This document shows positions 63,517-64,000 of a stretch of DNA of 64,000 nucleotides, one piece after another (position 1 is the stretch's first letter; each line of letters starts with the position of its first letter). Origin of the DNA: Octopus bimaculoides (taxonomy: Eukaryota); the NCBI RefSeq assembly GCF_001194135.2, contig NC_068982.1:119866192-119930191 (forward strand), given 5' to 3'. The translations under genes and the position numbers were made by a program. The notes under the pieces were generated by a model. That model worked only from the letters and a program-made list of their open reading frames with translations. It did no database searches and was not told where the DNA came from.

Positions 63517-63760
63517 GGGCAGGTAGGAACACAGAAAGTCAAACAGATGGGCAGACAGACATACAAAGAGACAGACAGACAAGCAGACAGATCTGAGTTT
63601 ATGAAAGTGAAGAAGTTGTGCGACGCGAGAATTGACAGTTGCTTTCATATTTATATATACTAAAAATACAACCGTTATAAGAAGCCATATGCAATCAGAA
63701 TATACATAAATAAAACCAGTAGGCACTATCCGCCGGCAATGAAGCGTCTACTAAAAAAAG
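63085..63760. mobile_element. MITE/foldback-like element with long imperfect terminal inverted repeats and an internal (GATA)n
   Basis: 63085-63267 aligns with the reverse complement of ~63595-63760 (cattgccggcggatagt, ttttatttatgtatatt, tgattgcatatggcttct, ctgtcaattctcg). Confidence 0.7.
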
Positions 63761-64000
63761 TGATAAATATCGCAAATCGTGACTATAATTGGTTCTCAGT
63801 GTTTCAGCCCATTCTTCTTCACTAGCTAACAATTGTATGTATATACACATACAATAAATATCAAGTTTAAAGAAAGATAAGTACTGGAGGCCATTCATTC
63901 GAGTATGAAATTCTACAATGCGGTGCCCCAAGATGGGCTACAGTCTAGTGACTAAAACACATCATGTATCCAGCGTCATGTTATATATATATATATATAT

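Overview
AT-rich animal genomic DNA dominated by microsatellites and transposable-element remnants, with ten N gaps. The SINE sequences and the very dense CA/TA/TACA/GATA repeats suggest a cephalopod, probably Octopus; this is inference from recognition, not a database hit. Most entries in the ORF track are translated microsatellites or N runs. Recognisable content: about ten copies of a tRNA-derived SINE with two alternative 3' tails (here A and B), a second SINE family (C), several decayed non-LTR retrotransposons (R4/Dong-like RLE type, CR1-like, RTE-like), two Tc1/mariner remnants, a Helitron helicase remnant and a probable hAT remnant. No intact host protein gene is recognisable, but two short exon-like segments with good splice signals lie at 61.4-61.6 kb. 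The most interesting signal is one 3'-terminal motif (stem-loop plus AATAAAGAAAT) shared by three kinds of insertion: a ~1.7-kb element carrying only a gag-like ORF1 and no RT or endonuclease (46.3-48.0 kb), SINE subfamily B, and a 24-bp tail-only insertion with a 14-bp target-site duplication. B copies are twice nested in the same orientation inside A heads. A perfect 107-bp inverted repeat at 25.2 kb also stands out but may be an artefact. All protein-family calls come from manual translation and remembered motifs; boundaries of decayed elements are approximate.
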